The notes under the pieces are model-generated. The model was given only the letters and a program-made list of their open reading frames with translations, searched no databases and was not told where the DNA came from. This document shows, in pieces, positions 28,701 to 37,757 of a stretch of 64,000 nt of DNA; position 1 is the first letter of the stretch, and the number at the start of each line of letters is the position of its first letter. The position numbers were made by a program, and so were the translations under genes. Source of the DNA: Candidatus Poribacteria bacterium. GTDB taxonomy: Bacteria > Poribacteria > WGA-4E > UBA9662. The stretch is from positions 77,655 through 141,654 of the forward strand of contig JAYZAL010000064.1 of assembly GCA_036339735.1 (NCBI GenBank), written 5' to 3'.

Positions 28701-29736
28701 AACAAGTAATCAAAATTATGTGAAAGGCGTTTTTTTCTTAAACGAAAGCCAAGCTTGGTCCGTGGGACAATCAGGAAATATTCATAAAACCCAAGACGGT
28801 GGTGCAACTTGGCAAAGAAAAAACGGAGGAGAACGGTATGAAAATCTGGAAGATGTCTTATTTTTAAGTCAGAATAATGGTTGGGTATCTGGTGAGCAGG
28901 GGGTTTTACTGGAAACAAAAGATGGAGGACAAACTTGGCATACGCTCAACAGTGGTACTCGACAAGAGTTGGTGGGTGTTCACTTTGTAGGCTTGGACCC
29001 CAAGTGGGGTTGGGTGATGCGAAAGGACGGAACAGTACATTACACTACTGATGGTGATAAATGGTCACCGGGCAAGACACCTATGCGTCCACCTTTATTT
29101 GAAGAAGAACCTCCAACTAATTTCCGAATGAACGATGCTTCATTCGGTAAGTTCTCTGAGGGATGGGCCGCCGGTAGTGATGGACAAATCATCCATAATC
29201 AAGACGGCGGTCCAATCTGGACACCACAGCGGACTTCTACTGGTAAAGATTTAGTAGACATTGAAATGAAATTTGCCCCGTTGGGTTGGGCAGTGGGGCA
29301 CTCTGGAATTGTTCAGCGGACAGTTAATGGAGGGCAATACTGGAAGCATCATGAAACTGACACTGGATATGATTTGTTTTCGGTTGACTTTATCAAGAAA
29401 CGAGTTGGCTGGGCTGTAGGCCAATATGGCATCGTTTTGCGTACTAATAATGGAGGTTTCAAATGGGAAGCACTTTCCAGTGGAACCACCACTAATCTCA
29501 ATAGCATAATTTCTCTTTCTGAACAAGAATTATATGCTGTTGGGGATAGAGGATTAATCCTATACTCTTCTGATGCAGGTGATACTTGGCAACAACAACA
29601 TACTGATATAGATAATGACTTGTATACCATAGTATGCTCAGAAAACAAAAATACGTTATGGATCGTTGGTCAGTGGGGGATCATTCTCAAACGCTCTCTT
29701 ACGCCACAATTATCTTACCGAAAAGATTATAAATGA
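25702..29736 (+). CDS. Giant YCF48-like BNR/Asp-box beta-propeller lipoprotein
   Basis: Lipobox FAGC; about 26 T.DGG..W Asp-box motifs with GWAVG..G repeats. Confidence 0.88.
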   Translation: MPRTKLTYLILSNFLSMTALVFVISLFAGCVTKEITRRADWETDFHDIHFINHRLGWVVGDAGLIVHTNDGGKTWQRQETLIDGDFNSVFFANANEGWAVGFEGLIAHTDDGGKHWQLQKSGSSANFNDVYFANSKVGWIVGEGADVLYTQNGGKDWKRYPYVSEFPLNGVWFANKFRGWCVGEYDRIFFTEDGGRSWQEQSNRRSGERDRLINDNKSVFFLNENEGWLVGSDGSVFHTNNGGADWQKQDSRIPLINGHVRDTINSIDFVNSENGIAVADVGFIIYTSDGGENWQLCDNITENNLTSIQFITDQVAYAVGWYGTIMKTINGGEKWEMLSGTTANDLEQVTFATGDVGIAVGKRGTITMTQDGGETWTEVDSEIWDDINGIYFATDKEGWAVGSRGMITHTTDGGLNWEHQKSGWWYALTDVYFVNTKKGWVVGDMGTILHTADGGKNWVQQTPGEFQQLKGVFFLNEKLGWAIGWPGICLHTKNGGLTWNQQTTGTYNELYGVFFLSEKLGWIVGQFGEILHTKDGGENWKFQRSGTENNLNKIFFGDANHGLAVGDDGVVLTTTSGGKKWDIQESETKNDLYGFALSPKGMIAVGKGGLAMKFALTEDQELPIELPPVASTEKTDEIKVEIEVEEVFYHWEVVRKTEWQVDLNDVYFTDQKFGWAVGTEGRIVHTTDGGNTWQPQHSGVDDDLQRVSFIDKETGWIFARGLMLRTVDGGQTWQVLRGVLQNFRGGISTLQFLNHREGWLGVTQGQTLYTTDGGLTWKVQRSGTTTQAISDLHFIDSKKGWAVAPQRRDGGFLLHTTDSGNYWKIQEKTNQAAIAVHFSNDGQNGWLLLSDASSLLTKNGGKTWKRQQTDFEGRINRVSFLSQKQAWAFTDSQSIVMTKDRGISWRELFLDGRPPREIQEDSTEKIDQDKTKLPTEKDAVDEFQTLLEKRGMENSRFNRVASNQTESSDRSPKNKKKESDVEKDEELLVDTDEGLTVPNRTSNQNYVKGVFFLNESQAWSVGQSGNIHKTQDGGATWQRKNGGERYENLEDVLFLSQNNGWVSGEQGVLLETKDGGQTWHTLNSGTRQELVGVHFVGLDPKWGWVMRKDGTVHYTTDGDKWSPGKTPMRPPLFEEEPPTNFRMNDASFGKFSEGWAAGSDGQIIHNQDGGPIWTPQRTSTGKDLVDIEMKFAPLGWAVGHSGIVQRTVNGGQYWKHHETDTGYDLFSVDFIKKRVGWAVGQYGIVLRTNNGGFKWEALSSGTTTNLNSIISLSEQELYAVGDRGLILYSSDAGDTWQQQHTDIDNDLYTIVCSENKNTLWIVGQWGIILKRSLTPQLSYRKDYK

Positions 29737-30021
29737 ACTCACACCTACTGCCATTTTGTACGTATGTATGGAACAAATTGCCCACAACATTACTATGATG
29801 TCTTTGGTATGAATAAGAAATACTACAGTATGAAAAATTAATTAAAAGCCTGATGATACGTCGTTATTCTAGCAAAAGACCCTTGGTCGTATGTTTTTCA
29901 ATACCTTCAGCTTGACTCAAAATCTTTGGTCTCTACTTAATAATTTTCTCAAGTAAGGATCTAGTCGCAGACTTTTTGTAGGGTTCAGCAAACAAAAAGT
30001 ATTTTTTAGGAAATTATACAT

Positions 30022-30915
30022 ATGAAATTAGTAATGATCAGGTCAAGAATAAGTTTTTGGCGGTTATCATTCTTGTTCGGATTGATGATTGGTATTAGGG
30101 CCATCGCAGTTGAACAACAAAATTGGTACGTTGCAAAGGCTACTGAAATACCAATTATTGACGGAAAAATTACTGATGAAGTCTGGAGCTATGCGCCTAC
30201 TTTAATAGTATCTATCCAAAAGTCGATGGGGAAGGATAAAGGAAAAGAAACTACAAAGCTTCGACTTCAAGCTGTTTATACGGATATGGAACTAGCCATT
30301 CTGGCTATCTGGGCCGATGAGACTGAGGATCGAACCTATAAAACTTGGATTTGGGATTCAGCCAAATCTAGATACAAAAAAGGGTATGATTTGGAAGATA
30401 TCTTCTCTGTTGGTTTTCCAATAAGAGGTCCTTTTACTGGTGATATGTTGTCCCCAATAGAAGTGGAATGGGATGTTTGGCATTGGAACGCAGCACGTAC
30501 AGATCCTTCTGGTTACGCATTTGATCGTCGCCATGTTCACACGTTTGCGCAACCCAAAGGGAAAGCTAAACAAATTTCGATACCTGGCGGAAAAAAAATC
30601 TGGTTCGCAAATCCTGCTGACCAAGGATATCCATTATTTTCTTCTCGGCCCAAACCTAGGACCTTTGAGGGTCAAAGTGTTCCGTCATTTGTAGTTAATT
30701 TACCGACACATAGCCAGGCAGATGTACAGGCGAAAGGGATTTGGGAAAGTGGCCGATGGCAACTGGAGTTGAGGCGCAAATTGGATACTGGCCACTCAGA
30801 TGATCTTGCCTTTACTCCCAGTCAAATTTATCCTGTAGCCATTGCGATCTTTGATCATTCTGAGGGAGGAAGACATGGTTCATCATCAGTAGTGAAGATG
30901 AACTTCAGGCAATAA
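30022..30915 (+). CDS. Ethylbenzene-dehydrogenase gamma-like (EB_dh/DOMON) heme-binding domain protein
   Basis: Signal peptide, P.IDG...W, WADET, DVWHWNAART, W.LELRRKLDTGHSDD, AIFD. Confidence 0.75.
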   Translation: MKLVMIRSRISFWRLSFLFGLMIGIRAIAVEQQNWYVAKATEIPIIDGKITDEVWSYAPTLIVSIQKSMGKDKGKETTKLRLQAVYTDMELAILAIWADETEDRTYKTWIWDSAKSRYKKGYDLEDIFSVGFPIRGPFTGDMLSPIEVEWDVWHWNAARTDPSGYAFDRRHVHTFAQPKGKAKQISIPGGKKIWFANPADQGYPLFSSRPKPRTFEGQSVPSFVVNLPTHSQADVQAKGIWESGRWQLELRRKLDTGHSDDLAFTPSQIYPVAIAIFDHSEGGRHGSSSVVKMNFRQ

Positions 30916-30967
30916 AGGAATCCTAGATTAATTTTCCCAAAAATTAGAAAGAACAGATTAATAAGGA

Positions 30968-31903
30968 TTAAAAATTCTGTTCTAGGAAATCGTTAATCAC
31001 TTCATTTGGTAGGGGGATACTGACCGCATTTACATTGGCTTCTAATTGCTGACGGTTAAGACTACCAATTGGATTTCCGTGTACTCGTGGGTCGAGCATA
31101 CAGAATTGTAGAGCAACAGCTAAAAGACTAATTTCATGTTCCAAACACCACTTACGCATCTTTGTCGCGCGTTGCACTTCCTTATCTTTAGGATCTCTGT
31201 CGGTTAAATCCATTCCCGTTAGTAAACCACGCTTAATCGACCAACCGTTTAAAACTCCAATATCGTTCTTTTCTGCTAATGGTATGATTTTATCAGCTGC
31301 AGTTTGACCGAAAAGATTAAAATCATTGAAGGTCAATAGGACATCAAGTTCACCAGTTTCGATAGTTTTTAAGTGAAATTGGTGAGGATTCATAGCATAG
31401 CCAATATTATGACTTAAACCACGGTCCTTCAATTTCAATAACCCGGAAAGAGTCCCATTTTTTTTAATTGTAGGGTCAACCTCGCGAGGGTCATGAACCA
31501 AAAGCGCGTCAAAATAGTTGGTTCCTAGTAATTCTAGTTGCCTCTCAGCATTGTCAATAGCGTAGTCAGCTGAATAGTCAACATCATTATGTTGAATATA
31601 ATCAAGATGATCCCACTCATATCTACGCTCGCAACAAACTCTAGCAGAAATAATTATATCTTCCCGACGAATAACACCCTCCTTCAAGGCGAGTCCTAAT
31701 TTTCGTTGAGAATCTCCATAACAAAGGGCCGTATCAAAGTGGTTAACCCCGATGTCTACAGCGAAACGAATTAGCTCACAAGCTTCGTCATCGGATACAA
31801 GTCCAAAGTGGTTGCCAAAACCCTGTGTGCCGAACGGTATTACCGGAATTGAAATTTCACTTTTTCCCCATCGACGACGAGGAAGTTCAAAAGACTTAGA
31901 CAT
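30968..31903 (-). CDS. Aldo/keto reductase
   Basis: GVNHFDTALCYG.S..LG, LGTNYFDALLVHD, ALQF. Confidence 0.87.
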   Translation of the reverse strand: MSKSFELPRRRWGKSEISIPVIPFGTQGFGNHFGLVSDDEACELIRFAVDIGVNHFDTALCYGDSQRKLGLALKEGVIRREDIIISARVCCERRYEWDHLDYIQHNDVDYSADYAIDNAERQLELLGTNYFDALLVHDPREVDPTIKKNGTLSGLLKLKDRGLSHNIGYAMNPHQFHLKTIETGELDVLLTFNDFNLFGQTAADKIIPLAEKNDIGVLNGWSIKRGLLTGMDLTDRDPKDKEVQRATKMRKWCLEHEISLLAVALQFCMLDPRVHGNPIGSLNRQQLEANVNAVSIPLPNEVINDFLEQNF

Positions 31904-32023
31904 GTTTATTCCTTTGGTTGTTGATAGTTGATATCAAGAGCCTTGATGTAGATAGAATGTATACGGATTCTCCTAGGGTTTGTTGACCAAGTCCACTTCA
32001 AGATTACTACTAGGAATGGTCCT

Positions 32024-33163
32024 TCAGCCTTGATTATCAATTTCCCAGTCAGGTAGCCCTAAAGGCAATGGCTGAGGTTGTGAACATGTACTACTCAACT
32101 CTACATGTTGGCCTTCGGCTGATGATCGGTGTAGAGCATGAATGACTTCGATGACATGATACCCCATTTCACCGCTAGCCCTTATAGGACGTTGATGTCG
32201 AATTGATGTAGCCATGTCAGCAACGCCAACCCCACGTGAATTCTGATTGTAGCCATAATTGCATTCGACCTCAACAAATTCATTCTTTGAAGATGGACGA
32301 AAATATATGGGACCGCCAAAATTGTTAGGATCAATACACCTTAGAGAACCTTCTGTTCCATAAATCTCAATATGTGGTAGATTTGTAGAGTGAACATCGG
32401 AGCTAACGAGAATTGTTCCAACTACACCAGAATGAAAATCCATTATTCCAGCAAAGTGGGTTGGGGTTTTGACTACGTCTTTGAATTCTCTCCTTTCCCC
32501 CCATACGTTTCTGGTTGAAGCTGTAACACGATGGATTGGTCCCAAGAGATGAATTAAAGCATTCAAATAGTAGGGGCCACGGTCAAAACTCCATGTCACA
32601 CCGAAGTCGTAAAAGTTAGTGCTATAGAAGTTGACATAGTCAGTTGATTTTGGTTTTGCATTGTCTATCTTTGGCTGACGAAAAGCCATTAAACAAGCAG
32701 AAGCAGCCACTGGCTGGCCAATATTTCCTTCATCAATAAATTGGCGAGCTGTTTGCCATGCTCCACCGAAGAAGGTATCGGGTCCACAACCGATGTATAA
32801 TCCTTTCTTATTAGCGAGTGATAACATACTTTGTCCTTCTTCTAGATGGACAGCCATTGGTTTCTCGTTATACACATGCTTTTCGGCATCTAATATGGAT
32901 AATGCTACTGGGCCATGGGCATTATGCGGTGTCAGATTAATTATCATTTCAACCGCAGGATCATCTAGTATTTCGTCAACTGAATATGCTTTGCTAATTC
33001 CAAATTCATTGGACCGATCCTGAGCTGCGTCAGGACGCTGGTCAGCTACAGCGATAATATCAAAGGGTGAAAATTTTAGGCTATTTTTAAGATAAGCAGC
33101 ACTAACCATACCACAACCAATAATACCAACAGAAGTTATACCCGAAGATGTATTTTTTGACAT
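32024..33163 (-). CDS. Gfo/Idh/MocA family oxidoreductase
   Basis: VGIIGCG, NLTP..H, HVYNEKP, PDTFFG, DRGPYY. Confidence 0.9.
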   Translation of the reverse strand: MSKNTSSGITSVGIIGCGMVSAAYLKNSLKFSPFDIIAVADQRPDAAQDRSNEFGISKAYSVDEILDDPAVEMIINLTPHNAHGPVALSILDAEKHVYNEKPMAVHLEEGQSMLSLANKKGLYIGCGPDTFFGGAWQTARQFIDEGNIGQPVAASACLMAFRQPKIDNAKPKSTDYVNFYSTNFYDFGVTWSFDRGPYYLNALIHLLGPIHRVTASTRNVWGERREFKDVVKTPTHFAGIMDFHSGVVGTILVSSDVHSTNLPHIEIYGTEGSLRCIDPNNFGGPIYFRPSSKNEFVEVECNYGYNQNSRGVGVADMATSIRHQRPIRASGEMGYHVIEVIHALHRSSAEGQHVELSSTCSQPQPLPLGLPDWEIDNQG

Positions 33164-33428
33164 TTTTACCTTCTCCCAACCATGAAACTTAGTGTGAATA
33201 AATGCTATTGCAGGTCATCACCAATGAGTGTGTTTATTTTTTTGACTAGGCACATTATTAAATAGAAATGGGTTTTAACTGTGTAAGTCAAACGAGTGTC
33301 CGTCAGGTAATGGATCATCCTACCTCAAAAGAGGTGAATATGAGTTTTCCCGCATAATTTACTTGGTATCTAATAAATGTTAATGTATGTAAACGAATAG
33401 CACGGGACTTTTTCAGAGGAACATAAAT

Positions 33429-33653
33429 TTGATACATTATTTTAGACAATTAGTGGACCTAATTGTATTGATAATAAAAGGGTTAGAAAAAAAAATATCG
33501 CGGACACATGACGGAAGAGAAATATTGAGCCACCTGCAAAAAAAGCTATTATCCGAAGGGTTAAGCCATAAACTACCGTCCCGGCACCAGCGACCTGAAT
33601 TTCGTTCAGCTAAAGTAAGCACTAGCCGATTAAAAAGAATAAAAGACACATGA
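33429..33653 (+). CDS. Possible small basic hypothetical protein
   Basis: 74-codon ORF with TTG start and AGAGGA upstream, filling an otherwise empty gap; no recognisable motif. Confidence 0.3.
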   Translation: MIHYFRQLVDLIVLIIKGLEKKISRTHDGREILSHLQKKLLSEGLSHKLPSRHQRPEFRSAKVSTSRLKRIKDT

Positions 33654-33738
33654 AAAATCTGACATCCTTAGGGCTTAAGGTTTTTTTATAATAAAAATCG
33701 GATTTAAAAGATACCTGCTTTATTTTGTGAATTCTGAA

Positions 33739-34614
33739 TTATCGATTAGTCAATTTTCCATATTCTAGCCATTGAACCATATCCAGCGGGTAACGTTTTT
33801 TCACACTATCATAAAACTGAATTGATTCCGCAGAAAGAAAATCTCGTCCCAAACCATCTTGACCACTATGAAAAAAGCTGTGATCTGATTGCCAAAAATT
33901 TTGGACACTGTTAGGTACTAGATCGCTAGCGTTTTCCTTCATATAATCAAAACTAGCAAAGGTCGATAGCCAATCACAGATTTCCATTGTAATATCTATC
34001 TGTAAGAAATGGGCTAACTTCGATATCTGCTTGGCTAAATTAGATTTCAGATCACTATAGTGTAGTAAGATAACATTTGGTAAAGTTTTCGCTCGCCAAA
34101 AAGTTTCAAAATGATGCCAGCCAGTATTTTTTACTATTTCTTGTTGAAAGCTTTTGTCTGGACCCGCTGAAAAAGGTATGTCTAATTTTTGACCTAAAGA
34201 TGCTTCAACGGCTGCTCGATCTGAATTTTTGTAATGATTGTAAAGAGAGAAAAATTGGTCGAGCGGATTTCGACCGACAAAAATATAATTTACATAATCA
34301 AAATAAGGTATTCCATCAAATGGCGTATGGGTTTTGATAAATCTCCGATGAGTCTGTGCTTCATACTGAGCAAGTACTTGTTCAACTGACTGTATTTTTT
34401 GATCTAGCCAAGGAGACATTGTTCCTAATGGTTGATCCAATTTGGCACTGCGGAAAATTAGTAAAGCACAAATCATTTGTGTCCATGTCGTTCCGGATTT
34501 CGGAGGAGTAGAAATTACAATATCGTTTGGGCGAAGTTGAAATTTTCTCCATCTTGAGCTATCTGCCATTGGGCTTTGATAATCAATGATTTGTTGCCCA
34601 CTAAAGTTCAACAT
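33739..34614 (-). CDS. PAPS-dependent sulfotransferase (Sulfotransfer_1 family)
   Basis: 5'-PSB loop TPPKSGTTW, IKTH, 3'-PB RNPLDQFFS, YSDLK; ATG at 34614 with AGAGGA SD. Confidence 0.9.
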   Translation of the reverse strand: MLNFSGQQIIDYQSPMADSSRWRKFQLRPNDIVISTPPKSGTTWTQMICALLIFRSAKLDQPLGTMSPWLDQKIQSVEQVLAQYEAQTHRRFIKTHTPFDGIPYFDYVNYIFVGRNPLDQFFSLYNHYKNSDRAAVEASLGQKLDIPFSAGPDKSFQQEIVKNTGWHHFETFWRAKTLPNVILLHYSDLKSNLAKQISKLAHFLQIDITMEICDWLSTFASFDYMKENASDLVPNSVQNFWQSDHSFFHSGQDGLGRDFLSAESIQFYDSVKKRYPLDMVQWLEYGKLTNR

Positions 34615-34636
34615 TTTGCATATCCTCTTTTTTGAG

Positions 34637-35917
34637 TTATTTCGCTTGCCAAACTGCTGTACCACTCTGTTGTGTTTCCGATTGTAAAATCTCACTCATC
34701 TTACGGCAGAGATCAGGTTCAGTCTGAACTATATTATGTGATTCTTGAGGATCTGTACTGAGATCATAGAGTTCAAGTGGTTCAAAAGGGCTATTATGTA
34801 ATAGTTTAATGTTACCTTGCCTTACAGAATGTTGATTAAGACCTAGAAAAGGTTGTCCACCTTCTTTCCGAACCCAATAAAGGTTTCGTTCATCAAGGTT
34901 TTGTCGCTCACCTCGAAGGGTAGGCCAAATGGACTTACCCTCAATATGATGGCCTATTTCAACATCTACTACCTGACAAATTGTAGGGAAAAGATCCATC
35001 AACATGGCTGCTTGATTTGTCACTTTTCCTGGGTCAATTTGGTTTGGCCACATAGCACAAGCTGGAACACGAATACCACCTTCGTACATTTGCCCTTTTG
35101 CGCCGCGTAAAAGCCCGTTAGTTGCTCCAACATTCAACTGACCACCATTATCAGAAGTATAAATCACTAAGGTATTTGATAGCTGATCTGTTTTTTCAAG
35201 TATATCTAAGACTCGACCAATACCTGAATCCATATGTTCAACTAAAGCCGAATATCGAACTCTTTCTTCTGAAGCGTCAGGTTCACGTTGTCGTACTCGT
35301 TCAATCCAATCAGCTGGAGGTTGAATTGGCGTATGCGGGGCATTATATGCTAGATAAAGGAAAAATGGTTGTGACGAGTGATGTTGGCTTTGAATGAATT
35401 CGACAGCCCAATCAGAAAATAGGTCTGTAGCATGTCCACGAGGATCAATATTTTCTAGATTTTCCCTCATATAATTTTGATTATGCCTTAGATGTGTATA
35501 GTAGTCATCCATCATATCACCCAGGAATCCATGAAAATGATCAAATCCCCGACGACAAGGATGGTTTTCGGTTTCTAACCCCAAATGCCATTTACCAATG
35601 AGGGATGTCTTGTACTCGTTTTGTTTTAGGAGTGATGGTAATGTAATTGCATTTGGACTAAAGTAGCCCCAGCTGTTTTCAGGGTGGGTACGAATAACCC
35701 CAGGTACACCGACCCTATCGGGATAGCGTCCCGTCATAAGAGAAGCTCTACTAGGTGAACAAACTGAAGAGTTTGCATAAAATTGGGTAAGCCGGACACC
35801 GTTCTCAGCAATACGATCAATATGAGGTGTTTGGATATGTGGCCCATTATGAACAGAAATATCCCCATAACCATGATCATCAGCTAAGATAAGTACGATA
35901 TTAGGTAAACCTACCAT
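34637..35917 (-). CDS. Arylsulfatase-like S1 sulfatase
   Basis: PNIVLILADD, CSPSRASLMTG, GKWHLG, APHTP, SDNGG, YEGGIRVP. Confidence 0.94.
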   Translation of the reverse strand: MVGLPNIVLILADDHGYGDISVHNGPHIQTPHIDRIAENGVRLTQFYANSSVCSPSRASLMTGRYPDRVGVPGVIRTHPENSWGYFSPNAITLPSLLKQNEYKTSLIGKWHLGLETENHPCRRGFDHFHGFLGDMMDDYYTHLRHNQNYMRENLENIDPRGHATDLFSDWAVEFIQSQHHSSQPFFLYLAYNAPHTPIQPPADWIERVRQREPDASEERVRYSALVEHMDSGIGRVLDILEKTDQLSNTLVIYTSDNGGQLNVGATNGLLRGAKGQMYEGGIRVPACAMWPNQIDPGKVTNQAAMLMDLFPTICQVVDVEIGHHIEGKSIWPTLRGERQNLDERNLYWVRKEGGQPFLGLNQHSVRQGNIKLLHNSPFEPLELYDLSTDPQESHNIVQTEPDLCRKMSEILQSETQQSGTAVWQAK

Positions 35918-36484
35918 TAATCGAGTCCTTCCTATAGTATTTAGTAACTATTTCTATTTTATAGACTATAATAATAACCTTGATTTGTGAAATCAATCAA
36001 TATCCGATTTAGCGACTTCATACTAGTATTAGATTAGCATTTCCTAGTTTAACAATTACAATTGGTGCCTATTATTTGACTCCAACATCAAGATAGAACT
36101 AAAAAAGAAAATGTTATCAGTTTCTGATTCTATTAATTCAGACGAAAATTTGACAGAATTTCATCATTTTGGGTTTTACTGTAAAATTCAACTCCCAATT
36201 TTTATCTAGAATAATAACAAGCAAATCCGAATGCTTTTCATTTTCCTCTCATATTTTACTTTGTTCAATTATAGTGTTCAAAGCCGACACCGGAGGAAAA
36301 ACAGTGAAATGACACACTGATTCTCACTGGATATTTAGATTAAATGATCATGGGAAAACCAATCAAAAGACACTGAAACATATAAAACTGGAGAAGAAGT
36401 AAACAGTCAACAGATCAGACTGGTTACCATTTTATGCCATTTAGACAAGAAATCACTGTCAGCTTCAATAAGAAAGGTCCGAAA

Positions 36485-36910
36485 TTATTGAGCTTTGGCT
36501 ATTTGGACTCGGTTGGGCCTTTTTACGTGGTAAACGTGAACTTGGTTGGTTTTAGTAGGTATACTTGGGGACGTAATGTCAACATAGACTTGACCTTCAA
36601 ATACTTTCACCGGGTAGGTCGCGATTTGACATTTTTTGGGCCAAATGCACTGACCGGTTTTTACATCAAATTTCCACTGGTGAATTGGACAAACAACAGT
36701 ATTATTTTCTAACCCTCCAGCATGAAGCACACCGCCACCATGTGGACAAGTATTATCAACTACATAGAATTGTCCATCAACATTATGAATGCCTAAAAAA
36801 TGTCCTTTGACCATTAAGCCAAGACATTGACCTTCAGGCACTTCATTTGTACTAATTACCTCGATAAAGTTACTGGCTGGCAAGGTTTTTACTAATTTTG
36901 TCCCTTTCAT
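36485..36910 (-). CDS. Rieske [2Fe-2S] ferredoxin
   Basis: CPHGGG...CPIHQWKFD.KTG. Confidence 0.9.
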   Translation of the reverse strand: MKGTKLVKTLPASNFIEVISTNEVPEGQCLGLMVKGHFLGIHNVDGQFYVVDNTCPHGGGVLHAGGLENNTVVCPIHQWKFDVKTGQCIWPKKCQIATYPVKVFEGQVYVDITSPSIPTKTNQVHVYHVKRPNRVQIAKAQ

Positions 36911-36987
36911 AGTAGTAAAAGTCTCAGATCAGAAAATGTCAAAACAGATATAAAAATGCGATCTTATTCTTCATATGATATGATTAT

Positions 36988-37048
36988 AAAGGGAAGGGTG
37001 CCATAGCCAGTGGCTTGGTCTAAGGCACCGTTATAATAAATTCCCTTT
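36988..37048 (+). promoter_or_regulatory. Long stem-loop in the bfr 5' region
   Basis: AAAGGGAA/TTCCCTTT outer stem, GGTGCC/GGCACC inner stem, apical region containing CAGTG. Confidence 0.5.
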
Positions 37049-37079
37049 TTATCGAACATCTACATAGAAGGAGGCGACC

Positions 37080-37559
37080 ATGAGAGGTCACCCTGAAATT
37101 ATAAACGCCCTTAATGAGGTCCTTTGTGCTGAATTGACAGCCATCAACCAGTATTTCGCTCACTCAGAGATGTGTGAAAACTGGGGGTACAGCCGTTTAT
37201 ACAAAGCCATACGAAAAGAGTCTATTGACGAGATGAAACATGCTGAAAAAGTAATCGCTCGCCTACTTTATCTTGGAGGTATTCCTAACATGGCTCGTTA
37301 TTTCGAAATTCGAGTCGGCACTAACGTGCAGGAAATGCTAGAAAATGACCTAGCTCTCGAAGAAGAAGCAATAGAACGACTGAATACATGTATACAACTT
37401 GCACATACCCACAAGGACTTCGGTTCTTCAGAACTCTTGGAATCAATACTTTCGGACGAGGAAGAACATATCGATTGGATTGAAGCCCAACTAGATCAAG
37501 TCCAACAAATTGGCATTGGCGGCTACTTGGCGCAGCAAATCAAGTTAGACGACGAGTAA
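37080..37559 (+). CDS. bfr: Bacterioferritin
   Basis: ELTAINQYF.H, ESIDEMKHA (heme-ligand Met), DEEEHIDW; SD GGAGG. Confidence 0.96.
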   Translation: MRGHPEIINALNEVLCAELTAINQYFAHSEMCENWGYSRLYKAIRKESIDEMKHAEKVIARLLYLGGIPNMARYFEIRVGTNVQEMLENDLALEEEAIERLNTCIQLAHTHKDFGSSELLESILSDEEEHIDWIEAQLDQVQQIGIGGYLAQQIKLDDE

Positions 37560-37595
37560 TTCTACTCACTTCTTCAACCATCTATCTCCATTAAC

Positions 37596-37626
37596 TTAGC
37601 CGGTCTGATAACTTCGGACCGGCTGA
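37596..37626. terminator. Strong hairpin between convergent bfr and channel genes
   Basis: TTAGCCGGTCTGA-taact-TCGGACCGGCTGA; no clear U-tract. Confidence 0.6.
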
Positions 37627-37757
37627 ATTGACCGGTGAGATTGAGACCCAATTTCAATTCTAACTCACTTTCCAAGAATTATCAAGCTCTTTCTTTCCTG
37701 ATCAGTGTACTTTTACTTTTTAAGCTTCAGAATCTTCTCAGGTCAACAAATACGAAG

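Noticed and set aside
25702-29736. Periodic repeats that could suggest a CRISPR or tandem DNA array
   Set aside because: The repeats exist only at protein level with divergent codons; there are no identical DNA repeats with spacers
36291-36320. Strong SD GGAGG followed by GTG-AAA-TGA in an AT-rich gap
   Set aside because: Only a 2-codon frame; cannot be told apart from chance or decay
36971-36989. Possible Fur box upstream of bfr
   Set aside because: Weak match to GATAATGATAATCATTATC in very AT-rich DNA, and it overlaps the likely -10 element
36986-37002. AAAGGGAA..GGTG resembling the start of a cobalamin riboswitch
   Set aside because: The downstream conserved elements (GCCCCCGCAACTGT-like segment and B12 box) are absent
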